From an uncultured Methanosarcinales archaeon (GTDB taxonomy: Archaea > Nanobdellota > Nanobdellia > Woesearchaeales > GW2011-AR4), in assembly GCA_964524225.1 (NCBI GenBank), contig CAZGEW010000001.1:1-38050 (forward strand): a stretch of DNA of 38,050 nt, read 5' to 3'. Below, in pieces: positions 17,251-25,590 of this stretch. Every line of letters begins with the position of its first letter. The stretch's first letter is position 1. The notes under the pieces were generated by a model. That model had not been told where the DNA came from. It saw only the letters and a program-made list of their open reading frames with translations, and did not search any database. Position numbers and translations under genes: made by a program.

Positions 17251-17291
17251 ACAACTGCGAAATTCACTTCGTTCGCAAACATTGACGAAAA
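17251..17291 (+). other. Putative tRNA intron 2 (~41 nt) inside the T-loop (around positions 59/60)
   Basis: CTGGG-TTCGAA and T-CCCAG are separated by ACAACTGCGAAATTCACTTCGTTCGCAAACATTGACGAAAA. That insert contains a 6-bp stem, TGCGAA/TTCGCA. Removal restores a 7-nt TTCGAAT loop. Confidence 0.5.
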
Positions 17292-17349
17292 TCCCAGCGG
17301 GCCCGTTTTAATTGAAAAAGATAATAGTCTACTAAAGAACTAGCATACC

Positions 17350-19038
17350 TTACTCATGAGTAAACCAAAAAACAAGCTTGTTTTCTTTCTTGCTATCAAG
17401 GCGACAGAAGCCAAACCTGAGAAACTGCACTATATCACCTATTTTCAAATTCTTAACCATTGGCTCAGCTAAACCCTTCTTTACTTCTTTGTCAGGCATT
17501 AAAACCTCAATCTTTGGTAAATCTCTATGCACAGGAAGCCAATGAATTATTACTGTGCCATGTTTTTTATATTTTTCATACTCCAATGAATCAAAAAAAA
17601 GGCTACGCTTTTTTTTTGTGAAATTAAGGCAGTCCATTAATCTAATTAATTCTTTATCCTGAAATTCTTTAAAATCTTTTTCTGTAATGTAAAATTCACC
17701 TTTTGTTTTGAATATTCTGGTACCTCTTTCCTCAAACTCTGGATGAAGTTTTAACTTTACTGTTTGCTCAGGCGCATTTTCAATCATTATTTCTTTTGGA
17801 TTTTCAATGAAAAAATAACGATTGCATCGTGAATCAAGGAGTCTTCTGTTATGAGCTATTAAATCGTCCCATGTAAGAATTGCTTCTGTTTTTGTTAATC
17901 CTGTTGAAAGTACAAAATTTTTTATAGCTTCTGGCAAAAATCCCCTTCTTCTTAGTGCAACTATTGTAGTCAATGAAGGATCATCCCATCCAATAAGTTC
18001 TTTTTTCTTTACCTTTTCTCTTATAATTCTTCCAGAGCTTTCAACTCCTTCGAGATTAAATCTTGCGAACTCGTATATTTTTGTCTCTCTAAAGCCAGCT
18101 AATGTCTGAATTAACCTTTGTAATTCGTTCCTTAGCTCGAATTCTTTGCTTCTTAAGCGGTGTGTAACTCCTTCTAAGCCATCCATTATTGCGCTTTCAA
18201 AGTCATAATTTGGCCATACTCTGTATTTTTTCTTTTTTCTTGTATGTGGTTTGTCAACAATCCTAAAAATAATTGGGTCCCTCAAAGTTGTATTTGGGCT
18301 TTGCATATGACCTTTAAGTCGTAATACATATTTACCCGGCTTAGCCTTAAACATTTCATGCCATAAAGCTGTATTCTTGTCAATTTGGTTGTATCGACAT
18401 TGGCATTCAATGCCATTTTTTCTGTTTTCCCTTATTTTTTCTTGGTTACAAGAGCAAACATAAGCATGATGTTCATTTGTTATTTTTTCAGCATATTTGT
18501 AAAATTCTTCCATGGAATCTGATGCGTAATCAATTTTATCAGGCTTAATACCAAGCCATTGGTAGTTATTAAGATGTATCTTATAGAATTCTTCTTCAAT
18601 AAGCTCTGGATTTGTGTCTTCAAATCTTAAGTAGAAAGTTCCATTATAGCGTTTAGCAAGCTCATAATTAACAATTATTGCCTTTGCGTGACCTATATGG
18701 GGGTATTTGCTTGGCTCTGGTGGAAATGCTGTAATTACCTTTTGGCCTTCTCTTACACCAAGAAACTCAAAAATACCTTTTTCTTTTGCTTCTATCCTTT
18801 TCTCTAGCAGTTCTGGGGCTATTTCCTGCAATCTTTTTTCTTGTTTTTCTAATGAAAGATTGTTAACCTCTTTGATTATTTTTCCAATTTCTTTGCTTAT
18901 TTCCTTTGCTTTTTCCTTTAAATCTGGATTTTCAGCAAAAACTTTTCCAATAACGGCGCCTGGATTTGCTTTGCCTTTATACTTAATTGCATTTTGCAAG
19001 GCATATTTCAAAATTATTTGTTTGAGCTTACCTTCCAT
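17350..19038 (-). CDS. gltX: Glutamyl-tRNA synthetase (archaeal type, presumably non-discriminating)
   Basis: Class I HIGH motif (PSKYPHIGHAKA), RFEDTNPE, THRLRSKEF, GWDDPSLTTIVALRRRGFLPEAI are GlxRS blocks. An archaeal context with gatE argues for GluRS. Confidence 0.9.
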   Translation of the reverse strand: MEGKLKQIILKYALQNAIKYKGKANPGAVIGKVFAENPDLKEKAKEISKEIGKIIKEVNNLSLEKQEKRLQEIAPELLEKRIEAKEKGIFEFLGVREGQKVITAFPPEPSKYPHIGHAKAIIVNYELAKRYNGTFYLRFEDTNPELIEEEFYKIHLNNYQWLGIKPDKIDYASDSMEEFYKYAEKITNEHHAYVCSCNQEKIRENRKNGIECQCRYNQIDKNTALWHEMFKAKPGKYVLRLKGHMQSPNTTLRDPIIFRIVDKPHTRKKKKYRVWPNYDFESAIMDGLEGVTHRLRSKEFELRNELQRLIQTLAGFRETKIYEFARFNLEGVESSGRIIREKVKKKELIGWDDPSLTTIVALRRRGFLPEAIKNFVLSTGLTKTEAILTWDDLIAHNRRLLDSRCNRYFFIENPKEIMIENAPEQTVKLKLHPEFEERGTRIFKTKGEFYITEKDFKEFQDKELIRLMDCLNFTKKKRSLFFDSLEYEKYKKHGTVIIHWLPVHRDLPKIEVLMPDKEVKKGLAEPMVKNLKIGDIVQFLRFGFCRLDSKKENKLVFWFTHE

Positions 19039-19056
19039 ATTTCTTATAAAATCGAA

Positions 19057-19074
19057 AGTTATTTAAATAACTTG
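19057..19074 (-). promoter_or_regulatory. 18-bp perfect palindrome AAGTTATTTAAATAACTT containing a TATA-like core, centred ~27 nt upstream of the gltX ATG
   Basis: Read directly. The promoter role is inferred from spacing. Confidence 0.35.
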
Positions 19075-19182
19075 TTCTATAGAAAATCAATCACAAGGAC
19101 TAAAGGGGTTATTTTTGGTTTTCTCCCAACCTTTTTATTTCATAAAAAATTTGTAAAAACAAATTAAAAATAAGTGGATTTT

Positions 19183-19395
19183 ATGAGAAGGCAAATTTCT
19201 ACAATACCAAAGGCTTCTGTTGCAAGAATTTTAATGAATGCTGGAGCCAAAAGAGTATCTGCTGACGGAGTAGATGCTTTCACCGATGTTCTTACAGATA
19301 TTGCAATTAAGATATCTACAAAAGCAGCTCAGATTGCAAAACATGCTGGTAGAAAGACAGTGCACGAAGGAGATATTAGATTAGCCGCAAAATAA
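19183..19395 (+). CDS. Archaeal histone (HMf family)
   Basis: IPKASVARILMNAGAKRVSADGVDAFTDVLTDIAIKISTKAAQIAKHAGRKTVHEGDIRLAA is a complete histone fold with the RKT loop. The track ORF starts at GTG 19174; ATG 19183 gives a typical 70 aa. Confidence 0.9.
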   Translation: MRRQISTIPKASVARILMNAGAKRVSADGVDAFTDVLTDIAIKISTKAAQIAKHAGRKTVHEGDIRLAAK

Positions 19396-19410
19396 GTGAA
19401 TAAATAAAAT

Positions 19411-19635
19411 TTAAGACTTAATTAATTTCCTACCATATTCAGAAATCCTTTTAGTTGTTCCAAAAAAATCATTAATTATAGCAACTTCCTCTGGATTGGA
19501 AACTAGAGCTTTATCAACATTATCACCAAATCTATTTATAAGTCTTTCAACTTCTGGTAGTTTTTGTCGAATAAGTTTTGAATCTTTTTTCAAATCTCGC
19601 ATTGTATATTGTCCAAACATTTGAATCAATCTCAA
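19411..19635 (-). CDS. Hypothetical small protein (74 aa)
   Basis: ORF only; it fills the gap between the histone gene and the AAA+ gene. No recognisable motif. Confidence 0.35.
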   Translation of the reverse strand: MRLIQMFGQYTMRDLKKDSKLIRQKLPEVERLINRFGDNVDKALVSNPEEVAIINDFFGTTKRISEYGRKLIKS

Positions 19636-19750
19636 TAAATTTTAAAACTTAATTCTTATAGAAGTCTTTAATATTCTATATTTAAATCTTTCCAATACTT
19701 TTATAAATAATTCTAATATATAAGAAAAAAATTTCACCAGTCGAATGCGA

Positions 19751-19783
19751 GTGAGCGAGTTCTTAACGAGCGAACTCGCTCAC
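19751..19783. promoter_or_regulatory. GC-rich perfect 12-bp hairpin GTGAGCGAGTTC-ttaacgagc-GAACTCGCTCAC just upstream of (or within the 5' end of) the AAA+ ATPase gene
   Basis: Read directly. Stands out against the AT-rich background. Confidence 0.5.
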
Positions 19784-19813
19784 ATGTCACAGGCGAAATT
19801 TTTTTATGTCAAA

Positions 19814-20749
19814 ATGCTAAGCGAGCAATTAAAGGAAGTATTGTTAAAAAACACAGACCCTTTTACAGATATACTTGGGCAAGATAAGGCAAAGCAAGGT
19901 ATTAAATCTGCATTGCTTATGAACAGGCATATCATCATTATAGGCGCACCAGGCACAGGAAAGACAACATTAGCAAAAAACATAGCAAAACTATTAGGTG
20001 TAAAAAGATTTGTCAGGATTCAAGGCTCTCCAGATTTAACTGTGGAAGATTTACTTGGTGACATAGACCCGATTAAAGCTTTAAAATTTGGACCTTTGAG
20101 CTTGGAGGCTTTCACCCCTGGCAAAATATTCAAAGCCAATAACGGAATTTTATTTTTTGATGAGCTAAATAGATGTCCTGAAAAAATGCAAAATTCATTA
20201 CTGCAAGTTTTGGAGGAGAGAAAGGCGACTATTGGCTCTTACGATGTTGATTTTGATACAGACTTTATATTTATTGGCACAATGAATCCAGAAGACACAT
20301 CAACTGAAAAGCTGAGTGATGTGTTGCTTGACAGATTTGATATTATCTACATGAATTACCCTGAAAGTGTTGAAATTGAAAAAGAGATTGTAGTTAGCAA
20401 GGGCAAAAAATTAGCTACTGTAAGTGACGAGCTTCTAACAATTATGATTTACTTCATAAGATCATTAAGAAGTGACGAAAGGCTTGAAAAAAAGCCGAGT
20501 GTAAGAGCCTCAATTGGTTTGTACGAGAGATGCCAGTCAAATGCTTTAATCAACGGAAGAAGAATAGTAGAATTTGAAGACATAAAAGAGGTTTTAGTTT
20601 CTGTTTTATCACATAGAATAAGGCTTAAACCTTCTGTTAGATATTTAGAAAGTGTGGAAGATTATATTATTGAGCAATTCCACAAGAACGTTGAATTAAG
20701 CAAATGGCAGAACAATTTAGAAAAGGAAAAAGCAGGTGATTATCGGTAG
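19814..20749 (+). CDS. ChlI/MoxR-like AAA+ ATPase
   Basis: PFTDILGQDKAK..., Walker A GAPGTGKTT, Walker B ILFFDELNR, and sensor/helix-2-insert-like NSLLQVLEERKATI..FIGTMNP. In-frame ATGs also occur at 19745 and 19784. 19814 gives the N-terminal length typical of the family. Confidence 0.8.
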   Translation: MLSEQLKEVLLKNTDPFTDILGQDKAKQGIKSALLMNRHIIIIGAPGTGKTTLAKNIAKLLGVKRFVRIQGSPDLTVEDLLGDIDPIKALKFGPLSLEAFTPGKIFKANNGILFFDELNRCPEKMQNSLLQVLEERKATIGSYDVDFDTDFIFIGTMNPEDTSTEKLSDVLLDRFDIIYMNYPESVEIEKEIVVSKGKKLATVSDELLTIMIYFIRSLRSDERLEKKPSVRASIGLYERCQSNALINGRRIVEFEDIKEVLVSVLSHRIRLKPSVRYLESVEDYIIEQFHKNVELSKWQNNLEKEKAGDYR

Positions 20750-21920
20750 CGTAAAATTGACATTTAAGGAAATTAGTAAAGTAGAAGAATTAAGTGGAAA
20801 GCTGGCATTTCAAGAGCTTGAAAACAAGTTTATGCATTCTGTTATAGAAAATGATAAACAAACAATAGACAATGGTAAATTAATAAATGGCATGATAAAT
20901 CAAGGTATGAGTTCTTTCACTCCTGATTTAATGTTTGAGCAACTTATAAAAAACTATTCCATTGCAAAACAAATCTATGGCGATTCTGTTATAAAACTTG
21001 TATTTGGGTACGAGCCTGATTATATTAGAAGAAATATAGGGTTTCCTGAATTTCAGAAAGAGCTTAAAGAAAGGTTAAGTAATAAGGTTGAGGAGCTTAA
21101 GGAAGAGGGTTTTTTGGATAATGACTACTCTTTGACAGAAAAGGGCTTTGAGTTTGCATCCCTTATTTTATATTTTGAGGAACTTGATAAAATAATTACT
21201 AAAGATGTTATAGGAGAAAAAATAAGTAAAAAGCCTTTTATTTATGGTGAAAAATATAGCTCCAGATTATACAAAAAAGGCGATAGGTACAGAGACATCG
21301 CATTAAAAAAATCTGTTAAACTTGCAATCAGAAGAGGCCATGATAATTTATGTGAAAAAGATTTAATGGTTTATGAAAAGCAAAGGAAAGGTCAAGCATA
21401 CATTGTTTATGCACTTGATGCATCTGGCTCAATGAGGGGCAAGAAGATTGAGGCATGCAAGAAAGCCGGAATAGCACTCGCATATAAAGCGATTAATGAA
21501 AAAGACAAAGTTGGGTTGATAGTTTTTGGCTCAGAGATAAAAAATGTTATCGAGCCGACGCTAGATTTCACACGATTGCTAAAAGGAATAACTAAAGTAA
21601 GAGCTTCTAAAGAAACAAATATTATCTCAACATTACAGAAAGCAATTGAGCTGTTTCCAAGTGAAAACATAACAAAGCATTTAATTCTTATAACAGATGC
21701 AATGCCAACAAAAGGCGAAACTCCTGAAAAGTCAACACTTGAAGAAGCTTCAATAGCCAGAAGCAAAGGAATTACTATATCATTAATTGGCATCAATCTT
21801 AATGAGAAAGGGAAAAAATTTGCAGAGAAAATAGTAGAGATTGGAGAAGGTAGGCTATATATTGTCAGAAACATAGAAAATATAGATAAGATTATTTTAG
21901 AAGATTATTATAGTTTTTGA
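20736..21920 (+). CDS. von Willebrand factor A (vWA) domain protein, partner of the AAA+ ATPase
   Basis: MIDAS motif YALDASGSM, then GLIVFGSE and LILITDAMPTKG in the C-terminal half. GTG start overlaps the upstream stop by 14 nt; the start is uncertain. Confidence 0.8.
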   Translation: MIIGSVKLTFKEISKVEELSGKLAFQELENKFMHSVIENDKQTIDNGKLINGMINQGMSSFTPDLMFEQLIKNYSIAKQIYGDSVIKLVFGYEPDYIRRNIGFPEFQKELKERLSNKVEELKEEGFLDNDYSLTEKGFEFASLILYFEELDKIITKDVIGEKISKKPFIYGEKYSSRLYKKGDRYRDIALKKSVKLAIRRGHDNLCEKDLMVYEKQRKGQAYIVYALDASGSMRGKKIEACKKAGIALAYKAINEKDKVGLIVFGSEIKNVIEPTLDFTRLLKGITKVRASKETNIISTLQKAIELFPSENITKHLILITDAMPTKGETPEKSTLEEASIARSKGITISLIGINLNEKGKKFAEKIVEIGEGRLYIVRNIENIDKIILEDYYSF

Positions 21921-21943
21921 CAAATTATAGATATTTAATGCAA

Positions 21944-21958
21944 ATATTTTTATATATT
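21944..21958 (+). promoter_or_regulatory. Putative TATA box (ATATTTTTATATATT) ~26 nt upstream of the ATG at 21977
   Basis: Motif and spacing only. Confidence 0.4.
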
Positions 21959-21976
21959 CATAGTTAGATTCCTAAC

Positions 21977-23395
21977 ATGAAAACAGCACGTAGAATAACA
22001 AGCAATTTTATAAGTCTTGCTCTATCAGAACTTATATCAAAAATAATACAGATTATCATCTTTATTTATTTAGCAAGAATATTTGGCAAATTAGAATTTG
22101 GAAAATTTGGTTTTGGGTTTGCATTTGCTACCATAATTGCCGTAATTGCAGATTTTGGGATTAACACTCTGTTGATAAGGGAGATAAGCAGAGATAAAAA
22201 GAATGTAGGCAAATATGTGTCTAATGCATTAACGATAAAATGCTTTTTATCACTAATCACATTTTTTATAGCTAGTATCTTCCTTATTATAGGAAAATAT
22301 TCTAAGGATACCGTTGCAATTGCATACATAATGCTTGTGTTTATGGTTTTGCAAACATTTACTGATTTATTCTATTCTGTTTTCAGAGCGTTTGAGAAAA
22401 TGTATTACGACGCATTACTGAAGGTTGTAAGGGTTGTTATTTTATTGTTGTTGGTTTCTCTTTCAATGAAGGTAGACTATACATTAACTCAACTAACAGT
22501 TATATTTCCACTTTCAGAGATTATTGTGCTTATTATGTCCATAGCAATCTACATGAAAAATTTTGCTAAAATTTCCTTTGGTTTCGACTTAAACTTTGAT
22601 AAAAAGCTTATGAAAGAATCATTCTTTTTCTGTTTGTCAATCTTATTTGGGAATATATTGCTGTATATTGACACCGTAATACTTGAAAATATTAAGCCTA
22701 ACGAAGTAGGTCTTTATGCCGCTGCATACAATTTACTATTGGGCATGACTTTTATTCCACTTATGTTCTCAAACGCAGTTTATCCAGTTTTTTCTAGATA
22801 CTTTATAAACAACAAGGAATTACTTAAGTTTGCATACAAAAAATCGTACCAGTATATGCTAATGTTAGGACTGCCGATAACCTTAGGCATTTTTATATAC
22901 GCTAGGAATATTGTACTTTTGGCTTATGGAGTTGAATACTCAAGGTCTATCATTGCAGTAAAGATACTCTGCTGGTTTATACTTCTAAGATTTGTAAACA
23001 TAACATCCGGCACATTGTTGTCGTCAATCAATAAGCAAAGAGCTCGTGTAATTGGACAAGGAATTGTGGCTACTGTAAATTTAGTACTTAACTTAATGTT
23101 AATCCCAAAATATGGATTTATTGGAGCTGCTATTGCAACTATTGCATCAGAGAGCCTTTTCCTAGTTACATACAATTACTTTATATATAAAGAAAGGCTT
23201 AATTTCAAACTGAAAGAAATTTTTATAAAGCCATTAATTGCATCTGTCATTATGACAATAGTTATATTATTAATTCCAAATTTGCTTGCTGGATTTTTTT
23301 TAGGTGCACTATCTTATTTTGGTGTGATGTTAATACTCAGGGCATTTAAACAAGAAGACAAACAGCTAATAATAAAGGTACTAAGCAATAGGTAA
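21977..23395 (+). CDS. Wzx-like oligo/polysaccharide flippase (MOP superfamily)
   Basis: 472 aa and about 12-14 predicted TM helices. An N-terminal ..ALSELISKIIQIIIFIYLARIFG..FGKF and a C-terminal PKYGFIGAAIATIASE are typical of polysaccharide-biosynthesis (Wzx/RfbX) proteins. Confidence 0.8.
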   Translation: MKTARRITSNFISLALSELISKIIQIIIFIYLARIFGKLEFGKFGFGFAFATIIAVIADFGINTLLIREISRDKKNVGKYVSNALTIKCFLSLITFFIASIFLIIGKYSKDTVAIAYIMLVFMVLQTFTDLFYSVFRAFEKMYYDALLKVVRVVILLLLVSLSMKVDYTLTQLTVIFPLSEIIVLIMSIAIYMKNFAKISFGFDLNFDKKLMKESFFFCLSILFGNILLYIDTVILENIKPNEVGLYAAAYNLLLGMTFIPLMFSNAVYPVFSRYFINNKELLKFAYKKSYQYMLMLGLPITLGIFIYARNIVLLAYGVEYSRSIIAVKILCWFILLRFVNITSGTLLSSINKQRARVIGQGIVATVNLVLNLMLIPKYGFIGAAIATIASESLFLVTYNYFIYKERLNFKLKEIFIKPLIASVIMTIVILLIPNLLAGFFLGALSYFGVMLILRAFKQEDKQLIIKVLSNR

Positions 23396-24172
23396 AACAG
23401 ATTTTAAATTTTTGTCTAGTTCTTTGGCATACTGATTAATAAGGGATTTATCTCCATAAATGCACTCATAAGTTGCTTTATTTTTGTCTGTATTTTGTAT
23501 CCTGTCAGATGGCCTTAATACCAATTCCTTATTCCTTTCATTTAGGTATTTTTTGCACTTTTCTAAGCTTAAGAAAGTAACAGATTTGCCAGTCCCAACA
23601 AAATCTTTTATCGAATCATTCAATGAGAATGTGTAGTCAAATACAGAAATATCTGCATTCTTTAAAATACTGGAAAAAAGCTTTTCATCTTTAAATGCAT
23701 AAAGCAATGAAACACCCTTTGCAAAAAATAAGTTGCATTTGATAATTTTTATTTTTTTGTATAATTTTAACTTATATCTTTCGTGAGTATAAGAAGCAAC
23801 AAAATTCATCATATCAGAATTGTCAACGCCTACAAATAATAGGTCTTTAACATTTAGTAGACCTAATTTTTTGTTGATGTATTCTAACGAGTCAATAACG
23901 CCCATAAGAGATGAGCCAACTTCGTAATAAATCAATTGCTTTGAAAATTTCCTACAAACTTGCAAAGCTGTGTACTTTTTTATATTGTCTTCTAAATCTT
24001 CTTTGTGATAGACATTTTTTATGTTTCTAGTTCTATAAGCTATCATATCTTTCAAATACCTCGCTACCATTAAGAAGTCGTATGCTTCTTGTCCCTCTCT
24101 TGTATCATATACAATTCTTTTTTTGCCTTCTAATTTGCCAAATTCAAGATATGGTTTTGTGCTTTTCATCAT
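23381..24172 (-). CDS. Hypothetical protein (263 aa); possibly a Rossmann-fold, methyltransferase-like protein
   Basis: IYYEVGSSLMGVIDSL followed by LLFVGVDNSDMM loosely resembles class-I/FkbM-type SAM-binding motifs I and post-I. A GTGKS peptide occurs at aa ~196 but not in Walker A context. Overlaps the upstream gene by 29 nt. Confidence 0.5.
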   Translation of the reverse strand: MMKSTKPYLEFGKLEGKKRIVYDTREGQEAYDFLMVARYLKDMIAYRTRNIKNVYHKEDLEDNIKKYTALQVCRKFSKQLIYYEVGSSLMGVIDSLEYINKKLGLLNVKDLLFVGVDNSDMMNFVASYTHERYKLKLYKKIKIIKCNLFFAKGVSLLYAFKDEKLFSSILKNADISVFDYTFSLNDSIKDFVGTGKSVTFLSLEKCKKYLNERNKELVLRPSDRIQNTDKNKATYECIYGDKSLINQYAKELDKNLKSVLPIA

Positions 24173-24872
24173 TGGTACAGCTTAAAATAGCAAGATGTTT
24201 CAAAACAGGATGAATTATAAAATAGGTTTCACCTTCATTTAAATTTTGCTTTTTTGATGGCAACCTTCCATATTTTTTTAGTCTCTTAATTACATCAACT
24301 AAAAGTTCTGATCTCATGTAAGGGTCAAATATATTATCTAAATCAATTAAGTTAGGTTTTTTAAAGCTCTTTTGCATTATTATCCTTCCTGTGTCTACGC
24401 CTTCTTCCATAAAAAATGCTGTAGCACCACAATTATCGTCAATTAAGATGCTATAATAAAAGCAAGTGCTACCTCTATACTTAGGTATTATACCCGGGTG
24501 TATGTGTATAAATTTCTTACCTGTTTTTAGTGTGTCTTTTTTTAATATACCTCCTCCTGTATAGATATAATATTTTTCTTTTCTTCTTAAGAGCTCTTCT
24601 ATAACCCCTTTTTCATTTGGAGTTTTTGCATCTATTATCTTAAATGGAATTCCATTTTTTTTTATTGTAGTCAATGCATCCTCAAATAAATCAAAATACT
24701 TTTTTGCATGATCAATTGAAAATATTGAATTAAATTCGTTGTGATAAATAACATTTTTTCCATCTATTATTATAGCAAATTCTGGAAGGAGTTTATTTTT
24801 TACCAAATTCTGCAAGTAAGCTTTACATCTAAACCCAGGCGTTACTAATATACCAAGATTTTTGACTATCAT
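24144..24872 (-). CDS. Formyltransferase N-terminal-domain-fold protein (242 aa), atypical active site
   Basis: FIHIHPGIIPKYRGSTCFYYSIL...FFMEEGVDTGRII aligns with the Fmt/PurN core (xxNxHxSLLPxYRG ... D-x-G-x-D-T-G). The Asn two residues before the catalytic His is His here. Confidence 0.7.
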   Translation of the reverse strand: MIVKNLGILVTPGFRCKAYLQNLVKNKLLPEFAIIIDGKNVIYHNEFNSIFSIDHAKKYFDLFEDALTTIKKNGIPFKIIDAKTPNEKGVIEELLRRKEKYYIYTGGGILKKDTLKTGKKFIHIHPGIIPKYRGSTCFYYSILIDDNCGATAFFMEEGVDTGRIIMQKSFKKPNLIDLDNIFDPYMRSELLVDVIKRLKKYGRLPSKKQNLNEGETYFIIHPVLKHLAILSCTNDEKHKTIS

Positions 24873-25477
24873 ATTGTTATCTCTTTTATTTCAGACAGGC
24901 TTTTTATTTCTTCTAATTCAATAGCAAAGGCTTGATAAGCCAAAAACAAATCATGCCTTTTAATCTTATTTAATATGGTAGTTATAGCATCATTTAGCTT
25001 TAATGTAGTATTAAGGAATTTTAAATTCCCTGATATTTTGTAATAAAGTAAAGAGTTTAATGATAATAATACATAATTCTCTGTATTTTTGTAATTATTA
25101 GACAATTTTCTGAATTCTTTATCATATACTTCATATAATCTTTTACTTACTTCGTATTTCTTAATAAACTTATTAAGCCAATTATAAATTTCTTTTTTAT
25201 GTCCCTTATTAAGAACTAATAGCATCAAAATATTTTTTAATATTTCATTTGTTCTGAAATTTTTATTAGGTTTTATACGAGCACTATAAACTTTAGATTT
25301 TAGAAAATCTCTTAGTGTTAGATTTTTTTGCTCTTTAATATTTATCTCTAGATTTTTAATAATTTGTAATCTGGTTTTTTTATAAGACTCTAAAAAAGGA
25401 TAACCTTCAAATTTAGAAAATTGATAACTCTGCTGGTATTCGAAAAAATCCTTTTTTATATATTTTTCATAACTCAT
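24869..25477 (-). CDS. Hypothetical, predicted all-helical protein (~202 aa)
   Basis: ORF overlaps the downstream gene by 4 nt (ATGA). The track start at 25504 is TTG. ATG 25477 sits ~29 nt downstream of a TATA-like TTTTTATTTTGA (minus strand, ~25500-25512). Confidence 0.55.
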   Translation of the reverse strand: MSYEKYIKKDFFEYQQSYQFSKFEGYPFLESYKKTRLQIIKNLEINIKEQKNLTLRDFLKSKVYSARIKPNKNFRTNEILKNILMLLVLNKGHKKEIYNWLNKFIKKYEVSKRLYEVYDKEFRKLSNNYKNTENYVLLSLNSLLYYKISGNLKFLNTTLKLNDAITTILNKIKRHDLFLAYQAFAIELEEIKSLSEIKEITI

Positions 25478-25590
25478 TTTAGAAACATAAGTTAAACTAA
25501 TCAAAATAAAAACTTTATGGAAATAAAAGTGTTACGTAAAATTAATAAATAGGCTAATGTCCATAGAGACTATTGTACAACAGTTAACCT

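Larger units (their letters stand above)
17163..17305 (+). tRNA. tRNA-Arg (anticodon CCU) precursor, 143 nt, apparently with two non-canonical introns; no encoded CCA
   Basis: Acceptor GGGCTCG/CGGGCCC (one G-U pair) plus discriminator G. D-arm GCTC-AGCTTGGAATTA-GAGC. Anticodon loop CTCCTAA (U33, CCT at 17225-17227, A37) closed by AGC/GCT. Variable AGGTC. T-stem CTGGG/CCCAG. A T-run follows. Confidence 0.75.

Noticed and set aside
17593-17617. A8-GGCTACGC-T9 inside gltX, which looks like another A/T-flanked hairpin or terminator.
   Set aside because: The stem would be almost entirely A-T with a poor inner pairing. It simply encodes KKKRSLFF in frame, so it is not comparable to the intergenic perfect hairpins.
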